Positions 44,621 through 54,346 of a stretch of 64,000 nucleotides of DNA are shown here, piece after piece. The translations under genes were made by a program, and so were the position numbers. Source of the DNA: Candidatus Latescibacterota bacterium (GTDB taxonomy: Bacteria; Latescibacterota; UBA2968; UBA8231); contig CBDETK010000013.1 in NCBI GenBank assembly GCA_965242865.1, forward strand, positions 224,001 through 288,000, read 5' to 3'. The notes beneath the pieces were generated by a model. The model was given only the letters and a program-made list of their open reading frames with translations. It was not told where the DNA came from and did no database searches. Every line of letters starts with the position of its first letter. Position 1 is the stretch's first letter.

Positions 44621-45484
44621 TCATTGAACCACTAAAATCACCGCCAGCACCCCTATGCCCACGCCCCAAACAGCCGCCCGACTCATCGGCTCTTTCCACA
44701 ACCACGGCGCGGTCACATTGTCCAAAATGACGACGCCGCAGCCCACCAAGGGGAAGAATACCGTGCCCGGCACTTGCTTGAGCGCGGTCAGGATGGCCAT
44801 TAAGGCGAGCAGATTGTACAGCCCGATACCGGCCCCCACCGCCAGATCAAAACGCCGAATGCGGTGGCGCGCCTCCCATAGCAACGAGGTGGCGCCAATG
44901 ATCCCGGCCGTAACGCCGATGACCATGAGCACTTGCAGGTACGCATCGTCCAAGCCGGCGTAATGCACCCAGCGCAGACAAGAGGCACTCAGCCCTTGGA
45001 TGCTAAACACCAATATCAGCAGCCCCGTGGCGATCCAGCGCGAAACCCCGGTCTGATGGCCAGCGTGCCGCGACATCAAAACAACGGCCACCAACGCCAA
45101 GCCCAAGCCCAACAGTTGCATGCCACTCAGGGGCTCGTCCCACAGCAGGACGCCCAGCCCCACCGGCACGACAATGGCGAGGCGAAACGCAGTCAGCACC
45201 GAAACCACGCGAAAGGTCCGCAACAAGCGCGTCATCAGCAGCATGGAGCTAATGAAGATGGCGCCGGTGATCGCGCCGACCTTCACGGCCGCGGCTGGTA
45301 CTTGCAACTGGCTGGTGAATCCCAGATAGAGCAGCAGAATGGAAGATAGGACCCAGTAGTTGGTCGATACCACGGTCGGGGCGTAGCACCGCTTTTGCGT
45401 GGCCCATTTGAACAACTGCCCAAAGCCGAATTCCATCATCAGCGGCAGCAATAACCAGAAGGGCTGTACCCCTTCCATACTCAT
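44621..45484 (-). CDS. EamA/DMT family transporter
   Basis: About 10 TM helices with two W.EP.S....G repeats; SD ggagg. Confidence 0.8.
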   Translation of the reverse strand: MSMEGVQPFWLLLPLMMEFGFGQLFKWATQKRCYAPTVVSTNYWVLSSILLLYLGFTSQLQVPAAAVKVGAITGAIFISSMLLMTRLLRTFRVVSVLTAFRLAIVVPVGLGVLLWDEPLSGMQLLGLGLALVAVVLMSRHAGHQTGVSRWIATGLLILVFSIQGLSASCLRWVHYAGLDDAYLQVLMVIGVTAGIIGATSLLWEARHRIRRFDLAVGAGIGLYNLLALMAILTALKQVPGTVFFPLVGCGVVILDNVTAPWLWKEPMSRAAVWGVGIGVLAVILVVQ

Positions 45485-45584
45485 CGGCCGGTCCTCCAAA
45501 AATTGGCATCCGCTCTACACCGGCTCCAAACTCCACGCCGCCCCCTTTGCTGTCAAGGAGGGGTGGGGGGCATCCGCAGGGTTC

Positions 45585-45830
45585 GTAGGGGCATCCACAG
45601 GGGGATGCCCCTGCATTTATTCGACGATTTCGTCTTCCATCGTTGGGGCGTCCCCCTGTGGACGCCCGCCCTGTTTCATCCCCATCCGCAGGGGTTCGTA
45701 GGGGCATTCGCAGGGGGATGCCCCTGCATTTTTTTAACGGTTCCGTCTTCCATCGTTGGGGCGTCCCTCTGTGGACGCCCGCCCCTTTTTATCCCCATCA
45801 GTAGGGGCATCCACAGGGGGATGCCCCTAC
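45585..45830. repeat. BIME-like cluster of GTAG-type REP palindromes
   Basis: gtaggggcatcc..ggatgcccct at 45585, 45698 and 45801, alternating with gttggggcgtcc..ggacgccc; linkers are also repeated. Confidence 0.88.
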
Positions 45831-45892
45831 TGTCCGAAAATGAACAGTAGATGTTCAAAAGCGGACAAAAATGCTCTGCGTCAAAATAGACA
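45831..45892 (+). promoter_or_regulatory. Upstream activator sites TGT-N10-ACA for a sigma54 enhancer-binding protein
   Basis: TGTCCGAAAATGAACA (45831-46), TGTTCAAAAGCGGACA (45852-67), weaker TGCGTCAAAATAGACA (45877-92). Confidence 0.7.
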
Positions 45893-45920
45893 AATTCAGT
45901 AAAAACAACCACTTGTCAGT

Positions 45921-45937
45921 TTGGCACGGAATTTGTT
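45921..45937 (+). promoter_or_regulatory. Sigma54 (-24/-12) promoter
   Basis: TTGGCACGGAATTTGT: GG at 45923-24 and GT at 45935-36 with canonical spacing; the locus encodes a bEBP. Confidence 0.78.
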
Positions 45938-45960
45938 ATAGGAGAGAACAAGTGGAGGTT

Positions 45961-47244
45961 ATGAATCCCATGAACGCAATGGACCGCCCCATAGACCCCG
46001 CCTTCCGGCGACGACAGCGCGGCAAGCGCATCGCCTATTCCGCAACGGGACTGGCCGCCCTCGTCTGGCTCAGCGTTTGGCTGCCTAGTTGGATCAGACC
46101 GGCCCTGGACCCCAACCGCATTCGCACCGCGCAAGTGCAGTGGGGCGCGGTAGAAGAGACGATTGCCGCTTCGGGCACGGTGGTTCCCCAATTCGAGCAG
46201 ATCATCTTTAGCCCGGTCAACACGCGGCTAGAGCGCGTCCTGCAAAAGCCGGGGGCCGTGTTGCAGCAGGGCCAAGTCATCGTCGAGTTGGATTTGAACG
46301 CAGCGCGGCTCGACGTGGAGAAACGGGCCGAAGAACTGGCCCTCAAGCAGAACCGCCGGACCCAACTCGAATTGGACAAGCGCAAAAAACTGAGCGAGCT
46401 GGAGACGCGCTGGCGGTTGAAAAACTTGGAATTTCAGCGTTTTAAGACCCGCACCGCCCAGCTCCGCGAGTTGCAGGGTATCGGCGCGGTCTCTGGGGAA
46501 GAGCTGAGCCAAGCGCGCCTGCAAGAACAGCGCGCTGAGATCGAATTGCAGCAACTCCAAGAAGACCGCCGCAACCTCATCGAATCCACCGCGGCCCAAC
46601 TGGAAGCCTTGCAATTGGAAATGAACATCCTCGAGCGCGAGGGCGCGGAGGCCCGCCGTCGCTTGGAGCGGGCCGACATTCGGGCCGATAGAGCCGGCGT
46701 ACTCACCGCGATTGCGCCCGAGGTCGGGGCTTCCATCGGCCAAGGCCAAGAAATCGCCCGCATCGCCGACCTCAGCTCGTTCCGCGTGGATGTCACCGTT
46801 TCCGATCTCCACGCCCGGCGGCTCCAAGAGGGGCTGTGGGTGCGCCTACGCATCAACGAGGAAGAGTACGCAACGGGCCACATCGCCCGCATCTTGCCCA
46901 CGGTCGCCGGGGGGACCATCCAACTCGAAGTCAAGTTAGAGGACTCGGCGCACGCGCTGCTGCGGCCCAACCAGCGGGTAGATGCCTACATCGTCACGGC
47001 GCGCAAAGACCGCGCCCTGCGCCTCAAGCGGGGGCCGGCCATCAACGGGCGGTCGGGCCTGCACGAAGTCTTTGTGGTGCGCGGCCACACCGCCGTGAAG
47101 ACCGAGGTGCGGATTGGCCTTGCCAATTTTGAGTACTACGAGGTGGAGGAGGGGGTACTCGAAGGCGACGAGGTCATCATCTCGGACGTGAAAGACTATT
47201 TGCACTTGGACGAAGTCCAGATCAACCAAAGGAGACAGCCATGA
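45961..47244 (+). CDS. Periplasmic adaptor / membrane fusion protein (HlyD/MacA-like)
   Basis: N-terminal TM, lipoyl half-motifs, long coiled coil; SD ggagg before ATG 45961. Confidence 0.9.
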   Translation: MNPMNAMDRPIDPAFRRRQRGKRIAYSATGLAALVWLSVWLPSWIRPALDPNRIRTAQVQWGAVEETIAASGTVVPQFEQIIFSPVNTRLERVLQKPGAVLQQGQVIVELDLNAARLDVEKRAEELALKQNRRTQLELDKRKKLSELETRWRLKNLEFQRFKTRTAQLRELQGIGAVSGEELSQARLQEQRAEIELQQLQEDRRNLIESTAAQLEALQLEMNILEREGAEARRRLERADIRADRAGVLTAIAPEVGASIGQGQEIARIADLSSFRVDVTVSDLHARRLQEGLWVRLRINEEEYATGHIARILPTVAGGTIQLEVKLEDSAHALLRPNQRVDAYIVTARKDRALRLKRGPAINGRSGLHEVFVVRGHTAVKTEVRIGLANFEYYEVEEGVLEGDEVIISDVKDYLHLDEVQINQRRQP

Positions 47245-47906
47245 TCGAACTCAGAGGCATTGAAAAGGTGTACCGCACCGAGCAAGTCGAGACCCTCGCC
47301 TTGAGCAATATCAACTTCGCGGTTGACGAGGGGGAGTTCATTTCGGTGATGGGGCCATCCGGTTCGGGCAAGAGCACCCTGCTCAACGTCATCGGCCTCC
47401 TCGACGAGCCGACCGCTGGCGACCTGAGCCTGAACGGACGCCCCATCCATTCCTACGCCGACCGCTACTTGGCGCGCATCCGCAACGAGGAAGTAGGCTT
47501 CATCTTCCAGACCTTCCACCTGATCGCCGATTTGAACGCGGTCGATAACGTGGAGATTCCCCTGCTCTATCGCCGCGGGCTGTCCGGCAAGGAGCGGCGC
47601 GCAATGGCGCTGGCCGCGCTGGAGCGGGTCGGGCTGAGTTCGCGGGTGCGGCACTTTCCGGCCCAACTGTCGGGCGGGCAGCAGCAGCGCGTGGCGGTCG
47701 CCCGGGCCATTGTCGCCCAGCCGCACATCCTGTTGGCCGACGAGCCAACGGGCAATTTGGACAGCCAGATGGGCGACGAAATCATGGGCATCATGCACCA
47801 GCTCAACGAAGAGGGCACCACCATCGTCATGGTGACGCACGACCAGCGCTTGGCCGACCGCACCCAGCGCACGGTGCGGCTCTTCGACGGGCGTCAGGTC
47901 CAGTGA
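47241..47906 (+). CDS. ABC transporter ATP-binding protein
   Basis: GPSGSGKST, LSGGQQQRVAVARA, LADEPTGNLD. Confidence 0.94.
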   Translation: MIELRGIEKVYRTEQVETLALSNINFAVDEGEFISVMGPSGSGKSTLLNVIGLLDEPTAGDLSLNGRPIHSYADRYLARIRNEEVGFIFQTFHLIADLNAVDNVEIPLLYRRGLSGKERRAMALAALERVGLSSRVRHFPAQLSGGQQQRVAVARAIVAQPHILLADEPTGNLDSQMGDEIMGIMHQLNEEGTTIVMVTHDQRLADRTQRTVRLFDGRQVQ

Positions 47907-47914
47907 GGCCGATC

Positions 47915-49198
47915 ATGCTGAAGAACTACGCGAAAATCGCCCTCAAGGTCTTTTGGCGGCACAAGTTTTTCACCGCCGTCAACCTGCTCGGGATATGCGC
48001 CACCTTGGTCTTGGCGATTACGGCGACGATGATCCTCGATATGGAAATGGGGCGAGCCATCGGGAACGCGCCGCCCGAGGTCCACAACGACCGCACCCTC
48101 CACCTCTCAACGGTGGTGGTGGAGCAGACGGCCCACGGACGCTCCCATTTATTTCCGACCGGGCCTCGGTACGCCTTTTTGGACCGCTATGTGCGGACGC
48201 TCGAAACTGCGGAGAACGCGACGATCTTCGGTCGGTATCCAGCATCCCGGGGCTTGCACGGAGGGGCCGAGGAGACCGGCTTGCGCGTACTAGCGACCGA
48301 CGCCGCGTTCTGGGAGGTCTTCCGCTTTGACTTCCTCCAAGGCCAGCCCTACACCGCAATCGAAGTCGAAGCCGGCGATTTTGTCGCCGTCATTGCGGAC
48401 CGCTTTGCCAAGCGGTTCTTCGGGTCGAGCGAGGTCGTGGGAAAGAGGGTGCCGATTGACGGGCAGCCGCATCGCGTCGTCGGCGTAGTCGCCCTTAGCC
48501 GCAGCACGACGACGAGGGGGTGGTTCAGGGCCGATGCTTGGGTGCCGCTGACGACGGGCCGGACGGTAGAGACGCTGATGGAGGACAACCGCTTTAGGGC
48601 CGCGGTGCTGGCGCGGCAGCGAGAGGACCTAGAGCGCGTCAGGGCAGAATTTGCGGTCGCCCTGTCGCAGGTAGAGCCAACAGAAGGCCAGATTCTAAAA
48701 GGAGCCCTGCTCGTCACGGCCCTTGAGGAGTGGATGATCGACCGCGACTGGAAGGAACTCGCCGCGGCCGGGACCGACTGGCGGTCCGCCCTCGTCGGCC
48801 TCGTGCTGCGGAAGGTGCTCATCGCGGCCGGCGTCGTGCTGCTGGTCCTGCTGCTGCCGGTGCTGCACTTGGTCAACATCAACATCAGCCGCATTGAGGA
48901 GCGCGCCGCCGAGATCGGCGTCCGCAAGGCATTCGGCGGCTCGTCCCGGGTGCTCGTCGGGCAGTTCATCGTCGAAAATGTGCTGCTGACGCTCGTGGGG
49001 GCGCTGCTGGTCCTGCCGGTTAGCTGGGGGTTCTGGGCACTCGCTGAACCGCACAACCTCAATGTCCTGCTCTTGCTCCGCACCTTCGCTTATAGCACGC
49101 TGATCGCCGCGTTTTTCGGTGCGCTGTCCGGCGCGTATCCGGCCTACAAAATGGCGCACCTACACCCCGTACAGGCCCTGACCGGGAGGCGAATATGA
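47915..49198 (+). CDS. MacB/FtsX-type ABC permease (type A, copy 1)
   Basis: MLKNY.KIALK start; ERAAEIGVRKAFG; GAYPA. Confidence 0.88.
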   Translation: MLKNYAKIALKVFWRHKFFTAVNLLGICATLVLAITATMILDMEMGRAIGNAPPEVHNDRTLHLSTVVVEQTAHGRSHLFPTGPRYAFLDRYVRTLETAENATIFGRYPASRGLHGGAEETGLRVLATDAAFWEVFRFDFLQGQPYTAIEVEAGDFVAVIADRFAKRFFGSSEVVGKRVPIDGQPHRVVGVVALSRSTTTRGWFRADAWVPLTTGRTVETLMEDNRFRAAVLARQREDLERVRAEFAVALSQVEPTEGQILKGALLVTALEEWMIDRDWKELAAAGTDWRSALVGLVLRKVLIAAGVVLLVLLLPVLHLVNINISRIEERAAEIGVRKAFGGSSRVLVGQFIVENVLLTLVGALLVLPVSWGFWALAEPHNLNVLLLLRTFAYSTLIAAFFGALSGAYPAYKMAHLHPVQALTGRRI

Positions 49199-50454
49199 TT
49201 GCTCACCTGTGCCGCTTGGTGTGGAACCGACGGCGAACCAACTTGTTGCTGATCGGCGAACTGACGCTGGTTTTTTTGGTCGTGGCCCCCATGGGCGTCG
49301 GCTGGGTGTTGTTCGCGATCGAGAACGCAGAGCCGCTGGGCTTTGAGTACGAGGACGTGTGGGTGGTCAACTTGGGTCGGCACAATTGGATGTACAAGGC
49401 CGACCCAGAGCAGGAGTCCACCTTAGAGCGCACCATCCAATTGGTCGAGCGAGAAATTCAAGCCCTCGATGCAGTCGAGTCCGTCGCCCTCGCCGGGCAC
49501 TCGCCGTTCAGCCGCCGTGTCGGCGTGTGGAACGGCATGACTTCGGTCGTCCTCGCCGAGGAGGGGTTGGAAACCTTGGGGCTGCGACTGCACAGCGGGC
49601 GTTGGTTCGCGCCCGAGGACGAGGCCCTAGCGGGCACTTCGCATCCCGTCGTCCTCGACCGGCGGCTCAGTCGCGCCCTCTTTGGCGACCGCGACCCGCT
49701 GGGCGAGGTCATCCAGCCTGCTGCGAATGCTGGCAGCTATTTGGTGATGAATATGGCCGCGTCGCCTCTGCTCGAGTTGCGCGTCGTAGGGGTCGTGGAA
49801 AATTGTTTCTACTACGGAAAATACGGGGCCTCAGAGAGCGAGGTGCCGGGCCTGCTCTTTTTCTTCTGGCCCCGAGAACAACGCAATAGCCCCAAGCTGT
49901 CCAGCGACTTTCAGCTCCTCGTAAAAACCCCGTTGGGGGCCAAGCCGGATTTCGGCGAAAAACTCAGCGCCCGAGTGCGGGCGGTCGTGCCAGCAGACCA
50001 GAACATGCGCTTTGACGTGCGCTCGCTCGCGGACATACAGGCCGAGAGCCAAGGTCGGCGGGTCTCCTTTCTGCATCGCGCGGCCGCACTCAGTGGCCTG
50101 CTGATGTTCGCGGTGGTCTTGGGCCTGACCGGCATAATGTGGCAAAACGTGCGCCGCCGCACCGCCGAGATCGGCGTCCGCCGGGCGGTGGGGGCTGTCG
50201 GGGGCACCATCTACGGCCTGTTCCTCGGCGAATTAGCCGTACTGGCGACCGTGGCCATCGCCTTGGGCAGCGTGCCCATCGTCCAATTTGATCTGCTCGG
50301 CGTACTGCTCGAAAGCCAGATCCCGGCCCATGTCCTCGCCAGCGGCGTAGGGGCGACGGCCCTCATGCTCTATCTGCTGGTGCTGCTGTGCGGCCTCTAT
50401 CCGAGCTGGTTGGCCGCCAAGGTGCGGCCCGCAGAGGCCCTGCACTACGAATAA
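49195..50454 (+). CDS. MacB/FtsX-type ABC permease (type B, copy 1)
   Basis: MIAHLCRLVWNRRR start; RTAEIGVRRAVGA; PAEALHYE. Confidence 0.88.
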   Translation: MIAHLCRLVWNRRRTNLLLIGELTLVFLVVAPMGVGWVLFAIENAEPLGFEYEDVWVVNLGRHNWMYKADPEQESTLERTIQLVEREIQALDAVESVALAGHSPFSRRVGVWNGMTSVVLAEEGLETLGLRLHSGRWFAPEDEALAGTSHPVVLDRRLSRALFGDRDPLGEVIQPAANAGSYLVMNMAASPLLELRVVGVVENCFYYGKYGASESEVPGLLFFFWPREQRNSPKLSSDFQLLVKTPLGAKPDFGEKLSARVRAVVPADQNMRFDVRSLADIQAESQGRRVSFLHRAAALSGLLMFAVVLGLTGIMWQNVRRRTAEIGVRRAVGAVGGTIYGLFLGELAVLATVAIALGSVPIVQFDLLGVLLESQIPAHVLASGVGATALMLYLLVLLCGLYPSWLAAKVRPAEALHYE

Positions 50455-50484
50455 CCCTATTTCCTCGTTACGCGGGAGACGATC

Positions 50485-51744
50485 ATGCTAAAGAACTACA
50501 TCAAAATGGCCCTCAAGGTCCTGTTGCGACGCAAGGGCTTTACCGCCATCAGCCTCTTTACCATCAGCTTCACGCTCATGGTGCTGATGGTGGCGACGGC
50601 CTTGTTCGACCACATCTTTGGCTCCTTCCCCCCGGAAACTCGGGCGGACCGCACGCTCATCCTGCGATCGCTGAAATGGGAAGGCCCGGAGAAAAGCTAT
50701 CGCATCCAAGGACCCAGTTACGCCTTTTTGGAGCGATACGTGTCCGCGTCCTCGCTGGCTCATGCGGAAAAGGTGTCCATTTCCGCGTCCGGCTTCTCTA
50801 CGGCAACGACGTTCCGCAACGGCGAAAAGATCGAGTCCAAGACCAAGTACACGGACGGGGCGTTCTGGGAGGTCCTCGAATTCGACTTTCTCGCCGGCCG
50901 CCCCTATACAGAACAGGAGGTGGCGGCGGCCCAGCCGGTGGCCGTGATCAACGAGGCGACGCGCCGGGTGTTCTTCGGGAGCGAGCAAGCGGTGGGGAAG
51001 TACATCGAGCTCAAGGGACGCCCCTTTCGCGTGGTGGGGGTCGTGTCCAACGTGCCGGCATTTCGCATAGTGCCCTTTGCCGATATTTGGGTGCCGGTCA
51101 CCGCCCAAGAAACGGACGCGTACCGGCGGTACGATTCGCTATACGGTTACTTTCAGGCACTGATCTTGGCGCACAGTGCGGCCGAACTGCCGCTCATCAA
51201 AGCGGAATTCGCCGATGTGCTCACCCGGGTCGAATACCCCAATCCCGACCAAATCAACCGCGTCACCGGTGGCCCTACAACGCTGCTTGAATCGACTTTG
51301 GATCTCCTGTTCGCCTTCGGTACAGGTTCACCAAGCACCGATGTGGTGACCCCGCTGATCGGCGCTCTGGCGTTGATCTTCATGCTCTTGCCGGTGGTCA
51401 GCTTGGTCAACATCAACGTCACCCGCATCTTGGAGCGCGCTTCTGAGATCGGCGTCCGCAAGGCATTCGGCGGGTCCTCGCTCATCTTGGTGGGGCAATT
51501 CGTGGTGGAAAACGTCATTCTGACGCTCTTGGGCGGTGCCTTGGGGCTGGTCCTTACCTTTTTCGTCCTGCAAGCGCTGGGGGCCAGCGACATCGTGCAA
51601 TACGCCAAATTCCACCTGAACCACCGCATCTTCCTCTACGGCTTGGGGATGAGCCTAGGCTTCGGCCTGATTTCTGGCGTCTATCCGGCGTGGAAAATGT
51701 CGCGCTTACACATCGTAGAGGCCCTCAGAAGGAGGAAGCAATGA
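50485..51744 (+). CDS. MacB/FtsX-type ABC permease (type A, copy 2)
   Basis: MLKNYIKMALK; ERASEIGVRKAFG; GVYPAWKMS. Confidence 0.9.
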   Translation: MLKNYIKMALKVLLRRKGFTAISLFTISFTLMVLMVATALFDHIFGSFPPETRADRTLILRSLKWEGPEKSYRIQGPSYAFLERYVSASSLAHAEKVSISASGFSTATTFRNGEKIESKTKYTDGAFWEVLEFDFLAGRPYTEQEVAAAQPVAVINEATRRVFFGSEQAVGKYIELKGRPFRVVGVVSNVPAFRIVPFADIWVPVTAQETDAYRRYDSLYGYFQALILAHSAAELPLIKAEFADVLTRVEYPNPDQINRVTGGPTTLLESTLDLLFAFGTGSPSTDVVTPLIGALALIFMLLPVVSLVNINVTRILERASEIGVRKAFGGSSLILVGQFVVENVILTLLGGALGLVLTFFVLQALGASDIVQYAKFHLNHRIFLYGLGMSLGFGLISGVYPAWKMSRLHIVEALRRRKQ

Positions 51745-52916
51745 TACGCCATCTGTGCATGCTCGTCTGGAACCGCAAAAAGGCCAACGCCCTAACCGCC
51801 TTCCAGATATTCATTTCTTTTTTGCTCGTTTTTATCACGGCCTCCCTCGCCATAGACCGAATCGGCAATTACTGGCGGCCCCTCGGGTTTTCCCCCGAAA
51901 ACAGGTGGGTCGTGGGCTTTAGGCCGGATGAGGCGAGGCCATCGGACGACGAGGCCGAAGCCCCCAGTCGCCGACAGGTCTATCTGGCCTTGGAGGAATT
52001 CGACTGGGTTGAGTCGGTCGCCGCGTCGCACCCCGGCGCAATCCCCTATCTCTCCATGCACATGTATCCCTTTGCCGTTGGCGGGCAAATGGTGGCTACG
52101 GGCGGGGTTTCGGACGAGTTCCACCAGACACTCGGGCTCGATGTGGTCCGCGGGCGGTGGTTTGGCGCGGAGGACGCGGCTCTCAACTGGGAGCCCCTCG
52201 TGATAACCCAGCCGCTCAGCCAAGCGCTCTTTGGCCGCGAAGATCCCATCGGCCAGCGGGTCGAACAGTGGGGCGGTGCCGACGGCGACGGCCGGGTCGT
52301 CGGGGTGGTCTCCGACTACCGGCGCAACGGAGAACTTTCTGGCCACTATCTCTTCTTGTTCAGTCGCCTGAGCGCGGGGGAAGAGCGCGGCAATTTTCTG
52401 GTCCACGTGCGCCCCGGGACGCCCTTAGCGGCCCAAGAGCAAATTGACAAACGGCTCAAGGCCATGGCGCCGGGATACCAAGTTGAGATTAAGACCTTGG
52501 CCGAGCACCGCGCCTCGTCGTTCAAGTTGACCCTAGTGCCCTTGTTCGCCCTCGGGGTCGTCTCAATGCTGGTTTTGGGCATGGTGGCTTTGTCGTTGAG
52601 CGGCGTGCTGTGGCAGCAGACGACCCTGAGAACCGAGGAGATCGGCCTGAGAAGGGCCTTGGGGGGGTCGGCGGCCAGTATCTACGCCCAGTTGACCGGC
52701 GAGATCGCGGTGGTCGCCAGCATCGGCGTCGCCGCTGGTCTGCTGCTCGTCGTGCAGCTCCCGCTGATGGGGCTGACCCTGTACTCTAAAGGGATATACG
52801 CGCTCAGTTGCGCCGTTGCGGCACTGGTGATTTACGGTCTCATCGTCGCGTCCAGCCTGTATCCCGGGCGGCTGGCCTGCCGGGTCCGGCCGGTTGAAGC
52901 CCTGCGCCACGAATGA
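51741..52916 (+). CDS. MacB/FtsX-type ABC permease (type B, copy 2)
   Basis: MIRHLCMLVWNRKK; RTEEIGLRRALG; PVEALRHE; ATGA overlap with SD aggagg. Confidence 0.88.
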   Translation: MIRHLCMLVWNRKKANALTAFQIFISFLLVFITASLAIDRIGNYWRPLGFSPENRWVVGFRPDEARPSDDEAEAPSRRQVYLALEEFDWVESVAASHPGAIPYLSMHMYPFAVGGQMVATGGVSDEFHQTLGLDVVRGRWFGAEDAALNWEPLVITQPLSQALFGREDPIGQRVEQWGGADGDGRVVGVVSDYRRNGELSGHYLFLFSRLSAGEERGNFLVHVRPGTPLAAQEQIDKRLKAMAPGYQVEIKTLAEHRASSFKLTLVPLFALGVVSMLVLGMVALSLSGVLWQQTTLRTEEIGLRRALGGSAASIYAQLTGEIAVVASIGVAAGLLLVVQLPLMGLTLYSKGIYALSCAVAALVIYGLIVASSLYPGRLACRVRPVEALRHE

Positions 52917-52954
52917 ATACACTCAAACGCACCCTCATCCCATAGGAGGATACC

Positions 52955-54169
52955 ATGAAACCGATCATCGCCATCATCGCCATCGTCGCCGCTGCGTTTT
53001 GCTGCGGACAGGCCAACGCGGAGCGTATCGCGGTAACCATGGAATCCGTGCGCGAGGATTCCGTAGAGCACCTCTTTCAGCCTTCTCTGAGTCGCGCTCT
53101 GACCGGCAAGTTGTTGAGAAAAGGCTTGCCCGAGATTCCGTCAATTGCCGAGCTGGACATCCACGAGCCGCTGCACACCCGCCTGTCGTTTTGCGATTCG
53201 TCGGTGGAGCCGATTGTCATCGTGGGACAGGATAGCGACGGGCAGGACATTGCCTTTGTTGTTGCCGACTCCACTGCACAGCCGCAGCAACTCCAGATCA
53301 CTAGCGACTTTTTCGAGCGCATTCGAGATGAGGCTCTGTACACTGAGATGACCGTGCCCGCGGCTGGCCAAGTGCCTGAGTTTGAGGTTGAACTCTTGAT
53401 CAATCGGGGAAAATACAATGCCGTGCTGCACCGCAATCTCGAACTGCGGCTGGGCGAAGCCGACATTGGCGGCCAACGCTATGCCATAGCCCTAGTGAGA
53501 GATCCGCGTTTCGGCACCTACTCCATACCCGCCGACTCACTTGGACAGGCTTTTCATGAGCTCATGATTGACCGCGACGGGGATGGCGTATTCCTGACTT
53601 CCCTATACGGCCAAACCGAGTTGCTGGAGGATGAGGCTTTCGGGGTCAACGAACCCTTCTTGATCGACGGTCGGGCGTACAAACTGACCCACGTATCGGC
53701 GACGGGCGATCCGTTGGTGATCGAGCCTAGCGAGCAAACGGTCGCCCTCGCCGTGGGCTTTGAGCTGCCGAATGTCGCTGTTACTCGGCTCGATAGCAGC
53801 ACTATCGACCTGACGGCCCTGCGCGGTAAGCCCGTAGTCATCAACTGGTGGCAAACCTTCTGTCCGCCTTGCATCACGGAGATTCCCGAGCTCAACGAAC
53901 TGGTCGAGAAGTACGCCGGTCACGACGTCGAGTTCCTCGCCATCGCCGACAATGAAATGGCGGAGTTGACGCCGTTTCTACAGAAGCATCCGTTCACTTA
54001 CGACATCGCTTTGGCGGACGACGAGGCCGTGCATATTTTCGGCCAAGCGTATCCGCGTCATGTAATCATAGACCGCACAGGGAAAGTCGCCTACGATGTC
54101 CTTGGTTACAGTCCTGATACCACGGACCGGCTGGACGCGGTCATCGGCTCGCTGTTGAACGAGCTTTGA
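52955..54169 (+). CDS. Exported TlpA-like thioredoxin/redoxin with a large N-terminal domain
   Basis: Signal peptide; LRGKPVVINWWQTFCPPCITEIP; YP...IIDRTG. Confidence 0.82.
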   Translation: MKPIIAIIAIVAAAFCCGQANAERIAVTMESVREDSVEHLFQPSLSRALTGKLLRKGLPEIPSIAELDIHEPLHTRLSFCDSSVEPIVIVGQDSDGQDIAFVVADSTAQPQQLQITSDFFERIRDEALYTEMTVPAAGQVPEFEVELLINRGKYNAVLHRNLELRLGEADIGGQRYAIALVRDPRFGTYSIPADSLGQAFHELMIDRDGDGVFLTSLYGQTELLEDEAFGVNEPFLIDGRAYKLTHVSATGDPLVIEPSEQTVALAVGFELPNVAVTRLDSSTIDLTALRGKPVVINWWQTFCPPCITEIPELNELVEKYAGHDVEFLAIADNEMAELTPFLQKHPFTYDIALADDEAVHIFGQAYPRHVIIDRTGKVAYDVLGYSPDTTDRLDAVIGSLLNEL

Positions 54170-54229
54170 GCTTTCCAAAAGCATTCACTTGCTTTGCGTC
54201 CGCCTTTTCTGGTGTTCCCGTTGCGCCCG

Positions 54230-54256
54230 GGATCGAGGGCATCTTGCCCTCGATCC
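54230..54256. repeat. GGCATCTTGCC-type palindromic hairpin (REP/terminator-like)
   Basis: ggatcgagggca-tct-tgccctcgatcc; related reverse copy at 61971-61987. Confidence 0.65.
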
Positions 54257-54346
54257 TTGGGAAGGCGGAGGGCTGGTGTCGTGTAATAAACACCGGAGCT
54301 ATTCGTTTCCGTCACAGGTGCTGCACCACAAATGAACTGGGGTGTT

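Noticed and set aside
45585-45830. Possible CRISPR array
   Set aside because: The linkers are themselves repeated, the units alternate in type, they are GTAG-type REPs, and no cas genes are present.
45961-52916. Darobactin-like RiPP cluster
   Set aside because: The exporter type is similar, but no precursor peptide or radical SAM maturase is visible.
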